DNA of 63,668 bases, from NCBI GenBank assembly GCA_030265395.1, contig JARFYF010000002.1, positions 46,634,688 through 46,698,355 on the forward strand, in the 5' to 3' direction. The notes beneath the pieces were generated by a model, which worked only from the letters and a program-made list of their open reading frames with translations, did not search any database and was not told the DNA's origin. The translations under genes and the position numbers were made by a program. Position 1 is the stretch's first letter. Each line of letters opens with the position of its first letter. This document shows, in pieces, positions 51,001 to 63,551 of the stretch. The stretch comes from Rhina ancylostomus. Its lineage: Eukaryota.

Positions 51001-54000
51001 CAATAGTAAAATAAAAGAAATGACTTGTTTGGTGTGAATGTTAACAGAATGGTTATATTCAGTATCTGAGCTATTAGTTGCATAGTTAACAGAATGTTGA
51101 ACAAAATTACCTATTAGAATGAATAAAATATATTACCAACAGAGCTGTATCCATATTTTGTTCCCAGCATGCAAGATTTCATGCAAAAGGTACCAAAGAA
51201 CAAGATTTTTTAAAACTAAAACTGGCTGCTTAAGAGGTTATTCTGAAAAGAACAGTTTCTTTTAACATGAAATGTGGAATTAAGAAGCAATTAGCAATTG
51301 ATCAGATTAAACATACATATTTGTATAGTTGTACTTTATGAATTTAATCAACCCACTGGATAGAATAGACAAATTGGCTCCATAAATCTGTAATCAGTGC
51401 ACCTCTTCCCTGCATCAATCACAGCTGTTATCTGGAAGTGTGAAAGAGCAGAAGCAGGGAATCTGCCTGTTAGTGGAAATCTTGCAGTTCCTCATGTCTC
51501 TGATGGAGACAAACGTTCATACAGGGCAAGGCCTGTGATCTGTCAAACCCTTTGGTCTGCTGGTGATTGTCTACTCCCAGAGCTCCCACAGTCTCTCTCA
51601 CAGGGAAATCTCTTGTGGACACCTTGTCATCTTAAGCACAATAATTCAAACCGTATTTTATTATGAAGGCATCAGTTTGAGTGTTATCGAAATAGCTGGA
51701 AATGTCAGGCACCTATGGCACGTTAATTCTTTTTTGATTTTGTCCACCATCCATTCAGCCACAGTTATTTTTCATGAATAAATGTAAAACAAATATATGG
51801 GAATGTATTTAACTGCTAAGTGAGGGCAGCATGTGAACATACTTCCCACATATCATCAGCCCCCCAACCCTCCTTCCTCCCACTCCATCATCCACACAAA
51901 ATATCATTCTTCAGATTATAAACCTTCTTCAAGCATTTTGGCTGGGATTAACTAATTCAACAGAGATTAATGATTAACTCTGAAATTTCCTGATAATTTT
52001 TGGCTCCATTTCACATCTGTCAGTGCATTAACCAATTAGTCTGGCAGGTAGTACTCAGTTATCTTGAATAGGATTTTGTCTTCTCTGAGTATTTATGCTT
52101 TGTGGAGTGAGGAATTTTTTAATTGAGAGTAGAATACTTTCCAATTTCCACCTGACTGGGAGAAATCTCTTCTGCAGCGAATGTGCCATGACATCATAAA
52201 TATTAAAAGCCAGTGAATGATTTTGACAATAGCAGGGCAGAAAGGAATCCATCATTCCAGCTGTCAGCCTCTGACATCTTCTGCTTAAGCACTGGGCCAA
52301 AATTACACTGCTGCGATAATACTCCTTAACTTAATCACGGAAGAGCATTTGGTAATCTTCGCTGATTCTAAATTGGAAAGACAATATATGGAAGGAAAAG
52401 GTTTCAGGTTTGGTTGCTTGTTGGTTTTAGCTAACTGGAATTAGCTGATCTCAACTGGGGTGCAGTTGGGGTCTGGTCTGTTTGTGCTCACTATTAGTGA
52501 CGAACATTAAATGTTGGCCTTCCCAGCAGTACCCACATCCATTGAGTGTTTAAAAAGATGTAGCCAGCTTTGTAAAATATATACGTAGGTGAGGACATGA
52601 TTGGACTCGGCTTTCACTCTTTCTGCTCTCAAGTAACTCACAAAAATATTCAGCTGAGACTCATAAATGATAAAGTGGCTGAGAACCTAATATCGTTGAG
52701 CCAGGTATCAATGCCTTCACTTGGTGAGAAGATAGTACAGAACCGTGGAAAGAAGAAAATTGGATAAGAGAACCTGTTATTGAATTTAGTGGGATTTCTT
52801 TCATTTTTTCTCATCCAATCAACCTTTGGCTCTTTTTTATATTTGTAAGACTGTTATATCAGCTCCATATATTTGCCAAAGAATTAACTTTGTTTTCATA
52901 TGAATGCTTGCTCATTAAGAAGTGGATGGGTATTGTCCAAATTCATATTAATTAGCCAGAAGAGAGAGAAGGCATTCTTTCGTAACTCTGGTTTGGATTC
53001 AAGGGCTGTATTTGCATAGTATACCACTCAACTGCCTGTTCTCTTTTCACCTATGCACTCTTGTCTTAACGACTTGACTGAACATAGCTTAACCCAGATG
53101 TAACATTGTGTGCTGATCATTTGTACTACACAGCTGCCTCATGCCACATATTGCAATATTACTGATTCCAAAAGCCAAAAGAAAAGATTGCAACTATAAA
53201 ACAGAACTCTGTGCAATAAATAAAAGATTGCTGTAACTTTTGGAAACATTTGCTACTAATTTAATTGTATAGTTTTATATTTTGCTGTTGCAAACCCATA
53301 TATCAGGCTCAAAGTACAATATTAAAAGTGAATATTTTTAGAGGCTGGTGCATCCAGATACTGAACATCAGGTCAAGTTAACTCACATCTAGGTTATCAC
53401 ATGCGTGGATCACATCATGATAATTCTGTTTAAATTACACCTGACAACCAGATTAATTCTTGTGAAAGGAAGTAAGTGACTGTAAAGGTAGACTCGGGGA
53501 ATGTACAATTGAAAATAATTTCCTAATGAACATAAAGCTGTGAATGGCACTGGCACATAGCAGGATTAGGATACGTGCAGGAAATGAAGATTATAACCTG
53601 GAGTTTATGATTCCACAGGTGTACCCTTACCTTGTCAAATGAAGAATGCTTCCATACACCTCAGGGACTGTCATATGATGCTGCATTCCTTAAGAAAAGA
53701 ATAAGCAGAAGTACTCTCAGTTCAATTTCACTTTCAGTGTTACGGGCTCAACAGTTGAATACTAGTATATCAAGAGGACATAAGCTCACAACTCAATGAA
53801 ATACAAGATTGGTTTTGAAAAACCATCAGTAGTGCAATATAACAGATAACAAATATCTCAGTCCAATTATTAACATAGTTTCCTTTTCACTCTCCAGCTT
53901 GTAACCTAGTACCCAAAGGACATTTTAGGGGACAATTATGTTGATATTTTTACACTGAGTTGAAATACTTCTGAATATGAATCTGCACAAATGTGGCAAT

Positions 54001-54329
54001 ATAGCTTGAGCTGCCACTTCAGTCCACCAAAGTCAAATTCTTTTTGATATGCTGACAGAGTGTGCAGTGCCCAGATGCAGAGGAAAAGAAGGAAGTGAAG
54101 GGACTTTAATGTCACATCTCCATATCTTTTATGCTGCAGGCTCCTGAGGTTCCCCAGAGCAAGAAATAAGTTTGGAGTAGGAACCAATGGGATGGGAATG
54201 ATAATGATGAGGCAGGTTTAGAAGAGAAACACAACTAATATTGCAGGTTTACCAGGTGATACCCAAAACCAGGAGTGAGGAAGAATGTTTGTGAAACTTG
54301 TGCGTGGCCCCTTCAGATTTTTTTTTGCA

Positions 54330-55610
54330 AAAAAACATACACTTTATTCATAACTTATACAGGCCTTCTCCAGCTTATGAACACCCAACTTATGTACAGC
54401 CTGTACATACAAACAAGCATTTGGCAGACCGACTGGATAGATTTTCTGGCTGTTGTGGGGCTGCAGATATCTTCTGCTGCCTGATAACTCGATCTATGGC
54501 AGCATTTCCAACATGCAAACTGTTTGGGTTACAGAATTTGCCCCAACCTGGGGATGACCTTATGGTGGATATAATCAGGACATGTTAATGTTACTTAAAC
54601 AGTTGCTTCAGTGAAATGTTTGAGGGACTGTCCGTTATCCATTGGTGGCAGGACCCTAGACTATGGTCTTCCCCACAGAGCCTTTGCAGTGTACTCGTGC
54701 ATCTGGCAATGCACCAATTGCTTGTGGCCAGCTCCTTGCTCTGGAAGACTGGCAAGGTTTAGCCAGATCAAAGTATATCTTTCACCCAGTGGATGATATT
54801 TCAGTAGCGCTCGATTTTTGTCTCAGTGCGCATCCCTGGGAACAGCCCATAGAGTCCTTTGTAATGCAGTTGCTCAATGAACCTCCTCAAGACAGTTGCA
54901 TCCCTTTCCTGATCTTCTTGACAAGCGTGCAGTCCACAAGGAGGTGGATGACTGTCTGATTCACACCGCAACCACCTCGAGGGTACCCGGACTCTGGGTG
55001 TCCATGAAAGATCGGAAGGGGAGGACCCTTTCTACCACCAGCCAGACCAGCCTTGATGGTTGTTTGACACTTCTGGTGATGAGGCATTCTGCCAAATAAC
55101 TTTGACAGTCAGTTTGGGGAACTATCCTGTGGGATCCACTGTCTCCCTGTCCCTCAGAGCCTCCATAATTGACTTGTAGACAAAGGTGTTTTCCACGGAA
55201 ACTTTCCTGAGAGACTTGTGGAATGGCAAGGTCCAACAGAATAGGACGTTTCATGGCATTGAAGCTAAACCCAGCCTTTGCAACACTGAGGACAGTTAGA
55301 ACCCCAGCACGTACTGACACTTGGTGTCTGCACACTTGGGCTCTAAGCATAACTTGGCGCAGTTGCAAATAAAGATGAGGGCTACATTGGGAACATTTTC
55401 CATCCATTCTCTGAAGACCCCTGTACATCACTCTTTGATGGATGCGATCCATTTTGGATCTCCAGATGAAACAGAAGATGGCTCGGATGACTGTCATAGC
55501 ACAGGAATGCGACATGGTCTGCACCTGTGCCATATACAGCAACATCAAGAGCACCTTGCACCAGATGACATGTCAGAGAAAGAAACCTCAGGTACTGCAC
55601 TGGGTATTCG
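54330..55610 (-). mobile_element. Tx1/L1-clade non-LTR retrotransposon, 3' ORF2 remnant and 3' UTR
   Basis: RAIFCFIWRSKMDRI, LVWLVVERVLPFRSFM, zinc-knuckle-like YPRGGCG..TVIHLLVDC; minus-strand AATAAA near 54343. Confidence 0.85.
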
Positions 55611-56179
55611 AGTCATCCTATTGCTGGCCTCTCTGACACTTGAAGGTCCTCAGGCTGCCAGTCATTCCTGTTGATGGAGTATCCCAACCTTCTCTGGCAG
55701 CTGGATTTATCCCAGGGTGGGACCACAACATTGCTAAGGACCAAGCTTAAATCTGGCACAGTGAGCACTTATACAAATGAAACAAACACAGAAATCTAGA
55801 TAGGCCCTGGGCAGATTGGGCAAAATAAGCTTCAAGTGCACACTGTCTGGCTCAGCCCAGCTGAAAGGGTGAGGAGTTGGAATCGTAAAACATTGGGACT
55901 GACAATGTTTGGAATTCCTGCCCAAAATAAGATAATAAATTATAATTTAATATTTCTAGTTTAAACTATGACTCCAAAACTCAAACTGTTTTATATGCAA
56001 AGACGAAGAACGGAAATAACAAAAAAACTTGCATTGATATGTTGAAGTTCATGTTTGTCTTCCCTGCCTGTCCCAGTGAAGTAATATTAGAGCCAGAAAT
56101 TACACTATTTGACCCATTGTGTTCTACTGGCCAAATAAAGAGCTTTCCAGCTTAACCTCACTTCCCAAAATTGCTGTCA

Positions 56180-56500
56180 CTATTGCTTTGTGAGCACCAC
56201 AACCAAACTTGCAAACAAATGTCAAAAGACAGAACTAAGTTAAATGACCAATTAATTTACTTTGGATGCTGTTGTACGCATGCCACGTGGTGGCAGTTCT
56301 TTAGATTATTATCACATCATCCAGGTACTTTGGAGCAGCAATTCATTGTATAATGTATGTTCTGAATGCATGGTATAATGACATTTGCTCATTGAACTCC
56401 ACTTCTGATTTCATTTACTTCAGTAGGAGGGAGTTTTAGAGTTCAACACACACAAACCTCCAACAATGCAGCAATCTCTCCAGAGTGCTCTGAAATGTGG
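56180..56500 (-). mobile_element. Degenerate Deu-domain SINE
   Basis: aatgaccaattaatttactttgg and caacaatgcagcaatctctccagagtgc resemble the reverse complement of Deu-SINE parts. Confidence 0.45.
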
Positions 56501-56949
56501 ACAGAGGGATGATAAACATTCTTTTAAATAACTTCAGGGGTAGTACCATTCAATATCAGCTTACCTTACATGTTTTTGTTTTTCTTTCATGTTCAATCTC
56601 TAATGTAGTACAAAACAATATTTATGTCTAAAGAAAATTCTCTCTGTACATTACTAGCATTATTAGAAACCTATGTTTTTCTTTTGGCTTCTGTGGTCTG
56701 ATAATTCTACACAAAGCCTTTTAAGAAGTCACATCTGCTTGAAGCAATGTTCATGTAAAACAGATGTGATTAAATTTAAAGTTTCTGTTTAACACACAGT
56801 GTGAAAAAAAATAAACAAAAATTAGAGCTCACAGAGGCCCATATTCAGACTGCTGCTAATTTCTGTGCATGCTGACTAGCTTGTGGAAAGTGCCATTGAG
56901 GATGAATTAGTTTGAGTGCTGTACTCCCTCTTGCATAATACTGCAGTTT

Positions 56950-57590
56950 GGAAGGTTAAGTTATAGGGATAGGTTATATAAATTATGTTTGTATTTCTTT
57001 GAGTATGTTAGATTTTGTGTGAACTGATTGAACGTTATGTTAAACATTCAGATCGACGAGGTAGATACAGAGAAACTATATCTTGCGGGGGGGGTGGGGG
57101 GATATTTAAGAACAAGGGAGATAGTCTTTAGTTTTAGGTGCTGCCTAGTTTTTGACTTCCCCACTTGAGGAACTTGTATCCACCCAGTCAACTGAACTTA
57201 ACATTTAACAGGATGTTCAACAACTCACCTGAAGCCTGAAATTCTCTGTCCCAAAGGGCAATGGATGCTGGGACAATTCAAGACTGAATTGACTAGATTT
57301 TTGTGAGGTGAAGGTATCAAAGGATGAAGCCCAAGGCAGAGAAATGGGGTTGAGGAACAGGTCAGCTATGGTTCGAATGAAATGGTTCTTTGTTACTTCC
57401 GATGAAGGGTCACAGACCTGAAGCATCAACTCTGCTTCTCTTTCCACAGATGCTGGCTGACTTGCTCAGTTTTTTTATTTCAGATATCCAGCATCTACAG
57501 TTTTTATTTGATTTTCATGGCCTGAATCAATACCAGTGCAGCCGCAAGGGACTGAATAGCCAATTCCAGTTCATAATGATTTTATGTTCC
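56950..57590 (+). mobile_element. CR1 3' end interrupted by a Penelope-derived fragment (~57390-57510)
   Basis: CR1 3' motifs flank gatgaagggtcacagacctgaagcatcaactctgcttctctttccacagatgctgg. Confidence 0.7.
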
Positions 57591-58174
57591 ATATACAGAT
57601 TAGTCCTCAACATTACCGACAGGCAAAATGCTGCTCTTTCGGGATTAACTAAGACTTCTGTGCTAACAGCAGCCTGCTCTATATCCTCCATGAGAGATTA
57701 ATGTTCTTTTGACAGTGACCCAATAGTTGCCGATGGTGTCTCAGTGGGTGCCTGTGACATGTAATTCAAATCTGCACTGGCTGTGATTTGGTGTGTTCTG
57801 CTGTCTTTGGATTCCAGTTAGTCAGAATTCAGGGTGAACATGTATGCTAAAATTGTACAATATTTATTCCCAAGATCCAACAAGGTGACACTCATGTTTT
57901 GAACTTGAAGAGGAGAGGGCACTTTCACCTCCAGTATATTTCATACTGACCTCCACAAGAGCCAATAGCTTTGGCAGGCTAAGAACTGATATGAACAAGA
58001 AATTGCACAGAGAAAGGATCAGATAAAATTCCCAGGAGATAACCATTGCTACCTGCAGTAGAAAGAGAAAATCTTTGCCATATCCCCGACCATATGTGGT
58101 GCTGATCCTAGTTCGGTGTAGGACAAGAGTGTCTAAAGTGAGTGTCTGACAGAATGTTGATTGCCTTTTAACTC

Positions 58175-58360
58175 CACCTTTGCTGGGTCAATATCCTGGA
58201 ACTCTGTCCCTCACAACGTCATGGGTATACCCACACCTCAGGGACTGTAGCAGTTCGAGAAGGCAGCTCACCACCACCTTCTCAAGGGCAACAGGGAATG
58301 GGAGATTAAATGCTGGCTCAGCCTGCGAAACCCTCATCCCTTGAGTGAATGAAAAAGAAA
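58175..58360 (+). mobile_element. LINE 3' end (CR1/L2 superfamily)
   Basis: GSISWNSVPHNVMGIPTPQGL*QFEKAAHHHLLKGN, then a tail ending gaatgaaaaag. Confidence 0.8.
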
Positions 58361-58619
58361 AGTGTCCCAAAGTGGGATGGACATTTTATCCATTCCAAAA
58401 AGGTAAAAGGGTGGATGAACCTCATCAATTTTGAGATTTTTGCCTCCCGGCTGAGTATTCATAACTGAATACTCAGCAGGCAGGATAAGAGGGGCTCATG
58501 CTTCAAACAACCCCAGCTCTAAACAAACCACTAACTTAATTCTGCTTTGTCAGCCAAGTGTTGGCAAGCCTGTAACCAAAGGTTGCACCATTACATACCT
58601 TTCTCCTGTCCTAATAATA

Positions 58620-58720
58620 AAGCCATGATGCATCCAGATAGGATGCTGTCTATGGTGCATCGATAAAAGTTGATGAGTGTCAAAGGGGACATGCCAAATT
58701 TTTTTAGCCTCCTGAGGAAC
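58620..58720 (-). mobile_element. Rex1-like fragment
   Basis: Minus strand reads LRRLKKFGMSPLTLINFYRCTIDSILSGCIMA. Confidence 0.85.
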
Positions 58721-59179
58721 TGGAATAGATAGACCCCAAAAATGGGCACAGGGAAGCTGATTCATGAATATGATTGTATTCACTTACAGCCAGATCTAAT
58801 GGTGGCTTGCTTCAGGAAATAGCCCAAAGAGTAGGAAATACCAACGCTGCTTAAAACCAACCTCTGTCTCTTGAAGGGGAAGTGCACTGTAACAGCAGCA
58901 GGTGATGACAGGCATTTTAGAACTGAAGCTCACCTGGGAGACATTTCTGTTTATGGCCTTGGTTGTCCTGCTGTTACAGGAGGGGGCCAAAATCTCTCAA
59001 GCCAGGAGTCAGTGAGAGATAATGGTTATAGATGTCATTGGCAAGGGTCAAGACTCAAGGACTTAGATGCAGAAACACAAGAAGTTCACTGATCTCAGAA
59101 GCATGATCAAGATAAGTGAATGGATTCTCAAATATCATAACCGACCATACACCACTTGCCTTGGGCATAGGTATATGTA

Positions 59180-59380
59180 CCACCTACCAACAAAATATTG
59201 TAGGGATACATAATAAATTGTAGGACAATGAGTAATGTAGCAGAGCAGACAGACTTTGGAGTGTGTGTCTACAGATCACTAAAAGTAGACAAGATAGTGA
59301 GGAAGATAAATGGGAAGCTTACCTTTACTGGCTGAAGGATGGAATATAAAAGCAAGAAGATCATGTGGATGTTAATAAGG
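59180..59380 (+). mobile_element. Old CR1 fragment
   Basis: gagcagacagactttggagtgtgtgtctacagatcact..ggaatataaaagcaag. Confidence 0.6.
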
Positions 59381-60161
59381 ATGTTCCGTTTTGGGTGGAA
59401 ACAGCGTCTGTAAGAGCTGTTCTTCCTCTTGCCCTCTTCTCTCTTCCACTAGATTGTCCTGGTCTGGTTATCCTCAATTCATTCTCCATGGGGAACACCA
59501 ATGAATGCAGCTCTATCTAGTCACAAATGGTTTATACAAAAGCTTAAACTGAAAACAAAGTCCTTTAAAATTCAGCACAACATTGCCCGTAGAACTCAGC
59601 AACTTTAAAGAACTGTAGAAGGCACCAAACTCTTGTGGAACTCGAGACATAGCCAAAGTAAGTCAATTGGCAATTCATGTTCAATTGGTTAATGAACCAT
59701 TTAAAATCTTCTCAGTCCTTCCTGTGTGGTTGAACATGCGTTCAATGTGCAGGACTAAGATGCACTATAAACACTGGATTGCAATTAAAAACAACTATCA
59801 ACATTTAAATCATCTGAAATAATTAAAAAATAAAGGAGATTAATGTGTACCTGGGTGTTCCTTCCACAGCCATTTCTTCCCATCGAAATCAATGAGTCCG
59901 CTGAGCCCCAGGCTCAGTGAGCAGAATTCCCAGTTGAAATGTTGGGCATTCCTCTGTTGCACTGCACGAGGACCACAACAACACAGAACAGGTATCCCAA
60001 AAGCTGATTTGATGCATCCAGATTTGATCTAGTCAAATAGGTAAAAGCCTGGGGATCTGAGTGGACCTGCTTGCTTCTAAGTGGAAGACCAAGCTACTGA
60101 CAATATCAATTCATCACCTTTGAGAAACCTCATTTCAAATGACTGAAAATGGTTTTAAAAT

Positions 60162-60326
60162 TGTTATGAACCAGCAACAAGAGAAACACACTGAGACATG
60201 TAGAAGTGTTAAAAACTACTTTATTAATAACTACATATGATAATAAGAAAAGTAAAAGTAAAAATGTTAGAATGTTAGAAGTAAAAATGTTAAACCCCGA
60301 ACATTAACTCCCAAAAACTAACTAAN
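60162..60326. mobile_element. Possible LTR end truncated by a gap
   Basis: Begins TGTTATG, contains a reverse-complement polyA-like signal and runs into an N gap. Confidence 0.45.
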
Positions 60327-60589
60327 NNNNNNNNNNNNNNNNNNNNNNNNNNNNNNNNNNNNNNNNNNNNNNNNNNNNNNNNNNNNNNNNNNNGTAGATG
60401 GAATTAGAGCAGAATCTGGCCACACAGTCATGAGTAAATAGGGACGAGAGTAGAGGGCTGAGGATGCACTCTTGTGCCTAATCTGGGTAGGTTTTTAATT
60501 TTGCTATAGTTTGCTTCATCCCAGGGTTCTTTATCTTAATTTCCTTTTACCTTTTCTAATTTGACAAAAGCTTAATCAGAAAAAAAGTC

Positions 60590-60920
60590 CGCCAATGCTG
60601 AAAATCTAAAATGAATACAGAAGACAATAGAAATTCACATCAGGTAGTCAGTACTTGCGGAAAGAGAAGGGGGAGTTGACAACTATTTTAGGCCATCCAC
60701 TAGTTCTGTCTGTAGCTTTCTTATGCCCCCACTGAGTTTCATTAATCATCCTCCTCCACCCAGGTTCCCTTTAATAGTTCAGGTCCGTAAATATCAGATT
60801 GTCGTCATATTCAGTGTTCCTTTTTCTGAACTGTCAGATCTTTCAGATCATCTTTCAGTGTGGTTCTGTCTTAACTCTTCTGCAGACATGCTGAAGAGAT
60901 ATCCTGAGCTTTTGTACAGT
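60590..60920. mobile_element. Old Penelope-derived palindromic remnant
   Basis: aatgctgaaaatctaaaatgaatacagaa... on the left and ...atcctgagctttt..tttatttttaatttctag on the right. Confidence 0.45.
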
Positions 60921-63551
60921 TATTTATTTTTAATTTCTAGAATCATCCAATAACTTAATGTTCATAAATTGTAGAGTGTTATTGGTAGAGATGGTAAATG
61001 TCAAATCCATATAGCATTTTGGATAGAGAGAAATTGAATTTTAATCCAGACCTAAAATTTGTTTGACCTCTGAAGTTGAAGCTTGCCACCTTCCAAACTG
61101 GAAAGATTTGAATCTGCTGATCTGAATTATTTCTGAAGCCAAAATAACATGTTATTTGTTCACCTTGGACAGACAGATCTGTGTGGCTCTTTCACAGATT
61201 TCTTTTGATGGGGATTTGAAATGAAAAATATCTAAGGCAATAGCCAGTATAATCGTTCCAAAAAAAGCAGATTGATAAACTGTGAAATTTCTTAAGTGGA
61301 AATCTATGTGAATGTCTGAAGGCTATTGCATTTTAAAAATTTAGGGGAAGTGCTCCTCCTAAAAAAGTAGTTAATGTAATCAGTTGAACAAGACCCCTTA
61401 AGAAAAAGAAAGAATTTAATCAGTATTTTTGACTGGGTAAGGGTCAGTAGAACTGACATGGTAGGAGGTTTATGTGGCATTGAGTTTTCAGTAAGCCATT
61501 CATGAAGGTGCACAATAAGTCACTGAAATATGAGAAATATACAGCAGCATTTCACAGATTGAAATTCTTGTTTAAGAATGGATTGGAGAATAGGTACCAA
61601 AAGTTCTGGCAATATTTCACAAAATAAGCAAGCCTGGAAGTCACCAAAAGTCACCAAAGCTTACATTCTACAGACTTAAAGGATTATAGACAATGCACTC
61701 AGGCATTCTATGAGAACATGTCACAGATATGAAGATGTGGTAGGGATTAGACAAGTATAAAAAAGAGTATTGTTTCATCTGGACTGATATTCACAGTTGC
61801 TGAGCAACTTCATGCTGAGTCAAAGAAACCTAATATTTTTCATTAAGAAAGCTTCATTGGGTTTACCTTTTCTCCATTTTCTCATGAATACATTTGACCA
61901 GTTCTGATTATTGAACCTGAAGTGGGCAAATGTTTGAAAATTGCACCAGTGCTTACTTTCCTACTAAATAATTGTTTCATAATATCCATACAATGTTCCC
62001 TTTTTTGTTTCACAGCATGTTTAGATCTACCTTTGTATGAAATGGTTGGGTCTGCAGGATTCTTCATGGAACAGCTTGTGATCTTTTGCAGACAGGCTAT
62101 TTTTTTTCTCAACCTGCAATAGAATGCTTTAAACCATAAACTTTGACATGAGCACCTACTTAAGATGAAAATTTAAATTCAGGTCGAATTATGTGTGACA
62201 TTTGAACTGATGTCCTCAAAATGGGATTTTCCAGTGTATTAAAACTGTGGAATTCATTATTATCCCTTATATTTTCCTGCTCCCAGAGGTTTTAAACAAT
62301 CAAACTTGGCATCACCTTATCGGTGCTCCTTGATTAATCTCATCTCTTATTTTTCAATTGAGTGATCTAGCACATAGGTTTCTCAATTTGAAAAAAATAT
62401 ACCCCTCAGGCTCCCTGGAAGAGAAGCGACAATTTTACTAATGTTCTACTATTTAGGTTTCTAATTCTTCTGTCACTGAGGAACCTAAGTATGCAACTGA
62501 GTATCCTTGGTCGCAGTATTTATTCCACAGAACACAGTCATAAAAGATTTTTGTGAGTTTGCAGTATATGAATATGTGATACACTTTGGGTGACTGCTGC
62601 ATTTGACTATAAGTGTCTTGGTCAGTCTGTTATTTTGAGTAACTTTGCTGTTAATAAAACATGTTAAAACTAATAATATAATGTGTCAGCAATTGGAGAA
62701 TGTTCTTTGGTAAAGTTGCTGAACTTCATGTCCAACAATACTTGTGTTAATGTCAGGTCAAGGCTCTAAATTCAAAATCAAACAGCCATTGGTCTCGAGT
62801 GAGCTCAGGATGATTAGAACCAGGGATGTGGAAAACTGATTCAACCACTAAGGTATAAATGAACTTGAAGAAACTGCTGAAACTGGAACCAATATATAAT
62901 AAGTGGTAAATTAATTCCGTCAAAGTTTTGGTATAGGGGAAAATTTATTTTAACTACCTTTAAAACCAGTTGCAAACTGTGATATTGTATCATCTCTCTG
63001 TATGTGCCACCTTTTCATTTGTTTTTCAAAAGTAGCAGTTTCACATTTCAGAGTTGTCTGGAATCCTGATTTGTAATGTATCAGCACAAAGGAATACTTA
63101 AGTTGACGCAAATAAACTTCATTTGATAGAAATAGAGCACATTGTACTGACTGTAGAGAGAGAGCATTTAGCAAAGTAAGTGATGCCTTGCTGGTAAGAG
63201 TGAAAACATAGAAAGTAATGCATGGTAACTTGATTTTCGATTCTGAAACCCATTTGACATGGGTCAGCCGCAAAGCCTTTTCCTGACTTAATTTCATGTT
63301 TTTCACTTTGAGAATCAATCGATTGAATATTTAATTCTAAAACACTGTCAAGTCGTAGGTTGGCCAGAATTTTGATCTGATGTATTTTCCTCACTCTTAA
63401 AAAAACTCTAATTTGTTTAAAAAGAGTTTCTTCTTTTCTAACTAATTAAGAAAGAGATCAATATTCTACATTACATGTCTGCAAAGTCTTACAGGCCACC
63501 TGGCATCCTTCACAGAATCAGAAAAGTTATTGTTATTAAATAACTGATTCA

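Larger units (their letters stand above)
43200..53950 (+). pseudogene. Decayed cadherin repeats, segment 8 (several TE interruptions)
   Basis: 43856-43909 HSKVEFSSVNGILEAFTV. 44099-44137 IINVSVNEFRPVL. 47847-47906 MENVVNESLFDNMHQRSYTF. ORF 49832 GKLHYFF..GGKLITL..FMLRLALTGG. 50591 ..EFPGFYQHIYHAE. ORFs 51397/51563 GNLPVSGNLAVPHVSDGD, TVFYYEGISLSV. 52132 EYFPIST*LGEI. 52265 QPLTSSA. 52309 CCDNTP. 53571 IRAGNED. Confidence 0.85.
280..63500 (+). pseudogene. Giant decayed cadherin-repeat (Fat/Dachsous/protocadherin-like) pseudogene or pseudogene array, interrupted by many TEs
   Basis: EC-repeat motifs recur on the + strand in nearly all inter-TE blocks, with many stops and frameshifts (see segment entries). 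No transmembrane or cytoplasmic domain recognised. It may extend beyond the window. Confidence 0.85.
56500..63500 (+). pseudogene. Decayed cadherin repeats, segment 9
   Basis: ~56550 QYQLTLHV. 57594 YRLVLNITDRQNAALSGLTKTSV. 57961-58020 ANSFGRLRTDMNKKLHRERI. 59830-59908 IKEINVY / VFLPQPFLPIEINESAEP. 61013-61033 SILDREK. 62578-62637 DTLWVTAAFDYKCLGQSVIL. Confidence 0.85.

Noticed and set aside
53631-53688. Minus-strand 58-nt segment with strong acceptor and donor
   Set aside because: No recognisable peptide or exon chain, and the + strand reads as EC (IRAGNED..TSGTVI..QFNFTFSV). A non-coding exon cannot be excluded without RNA data.
56795-56823. RSS-like CACAGTG-13 bp-ACAAAAATT
   Set aside because: Imperfect nonamer in A-rich context with no adjacent V, D or J segment; expected by chance.
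57951-58052. Minus-strand hydrophobic exon candidate (VAMVISWEFYLILSL...)
   Set aside because: Antisense to a clear EC motif (GRLRTDMNKKLHRE), with no recognisable homology.
62950-63318. 122-aa minus ORF (also 3700-4032, 9079-9384, 47583-47888)
   Set aside because: No recognisable domain; most likely chance or antisense shadows of the former + strand coding sequence.
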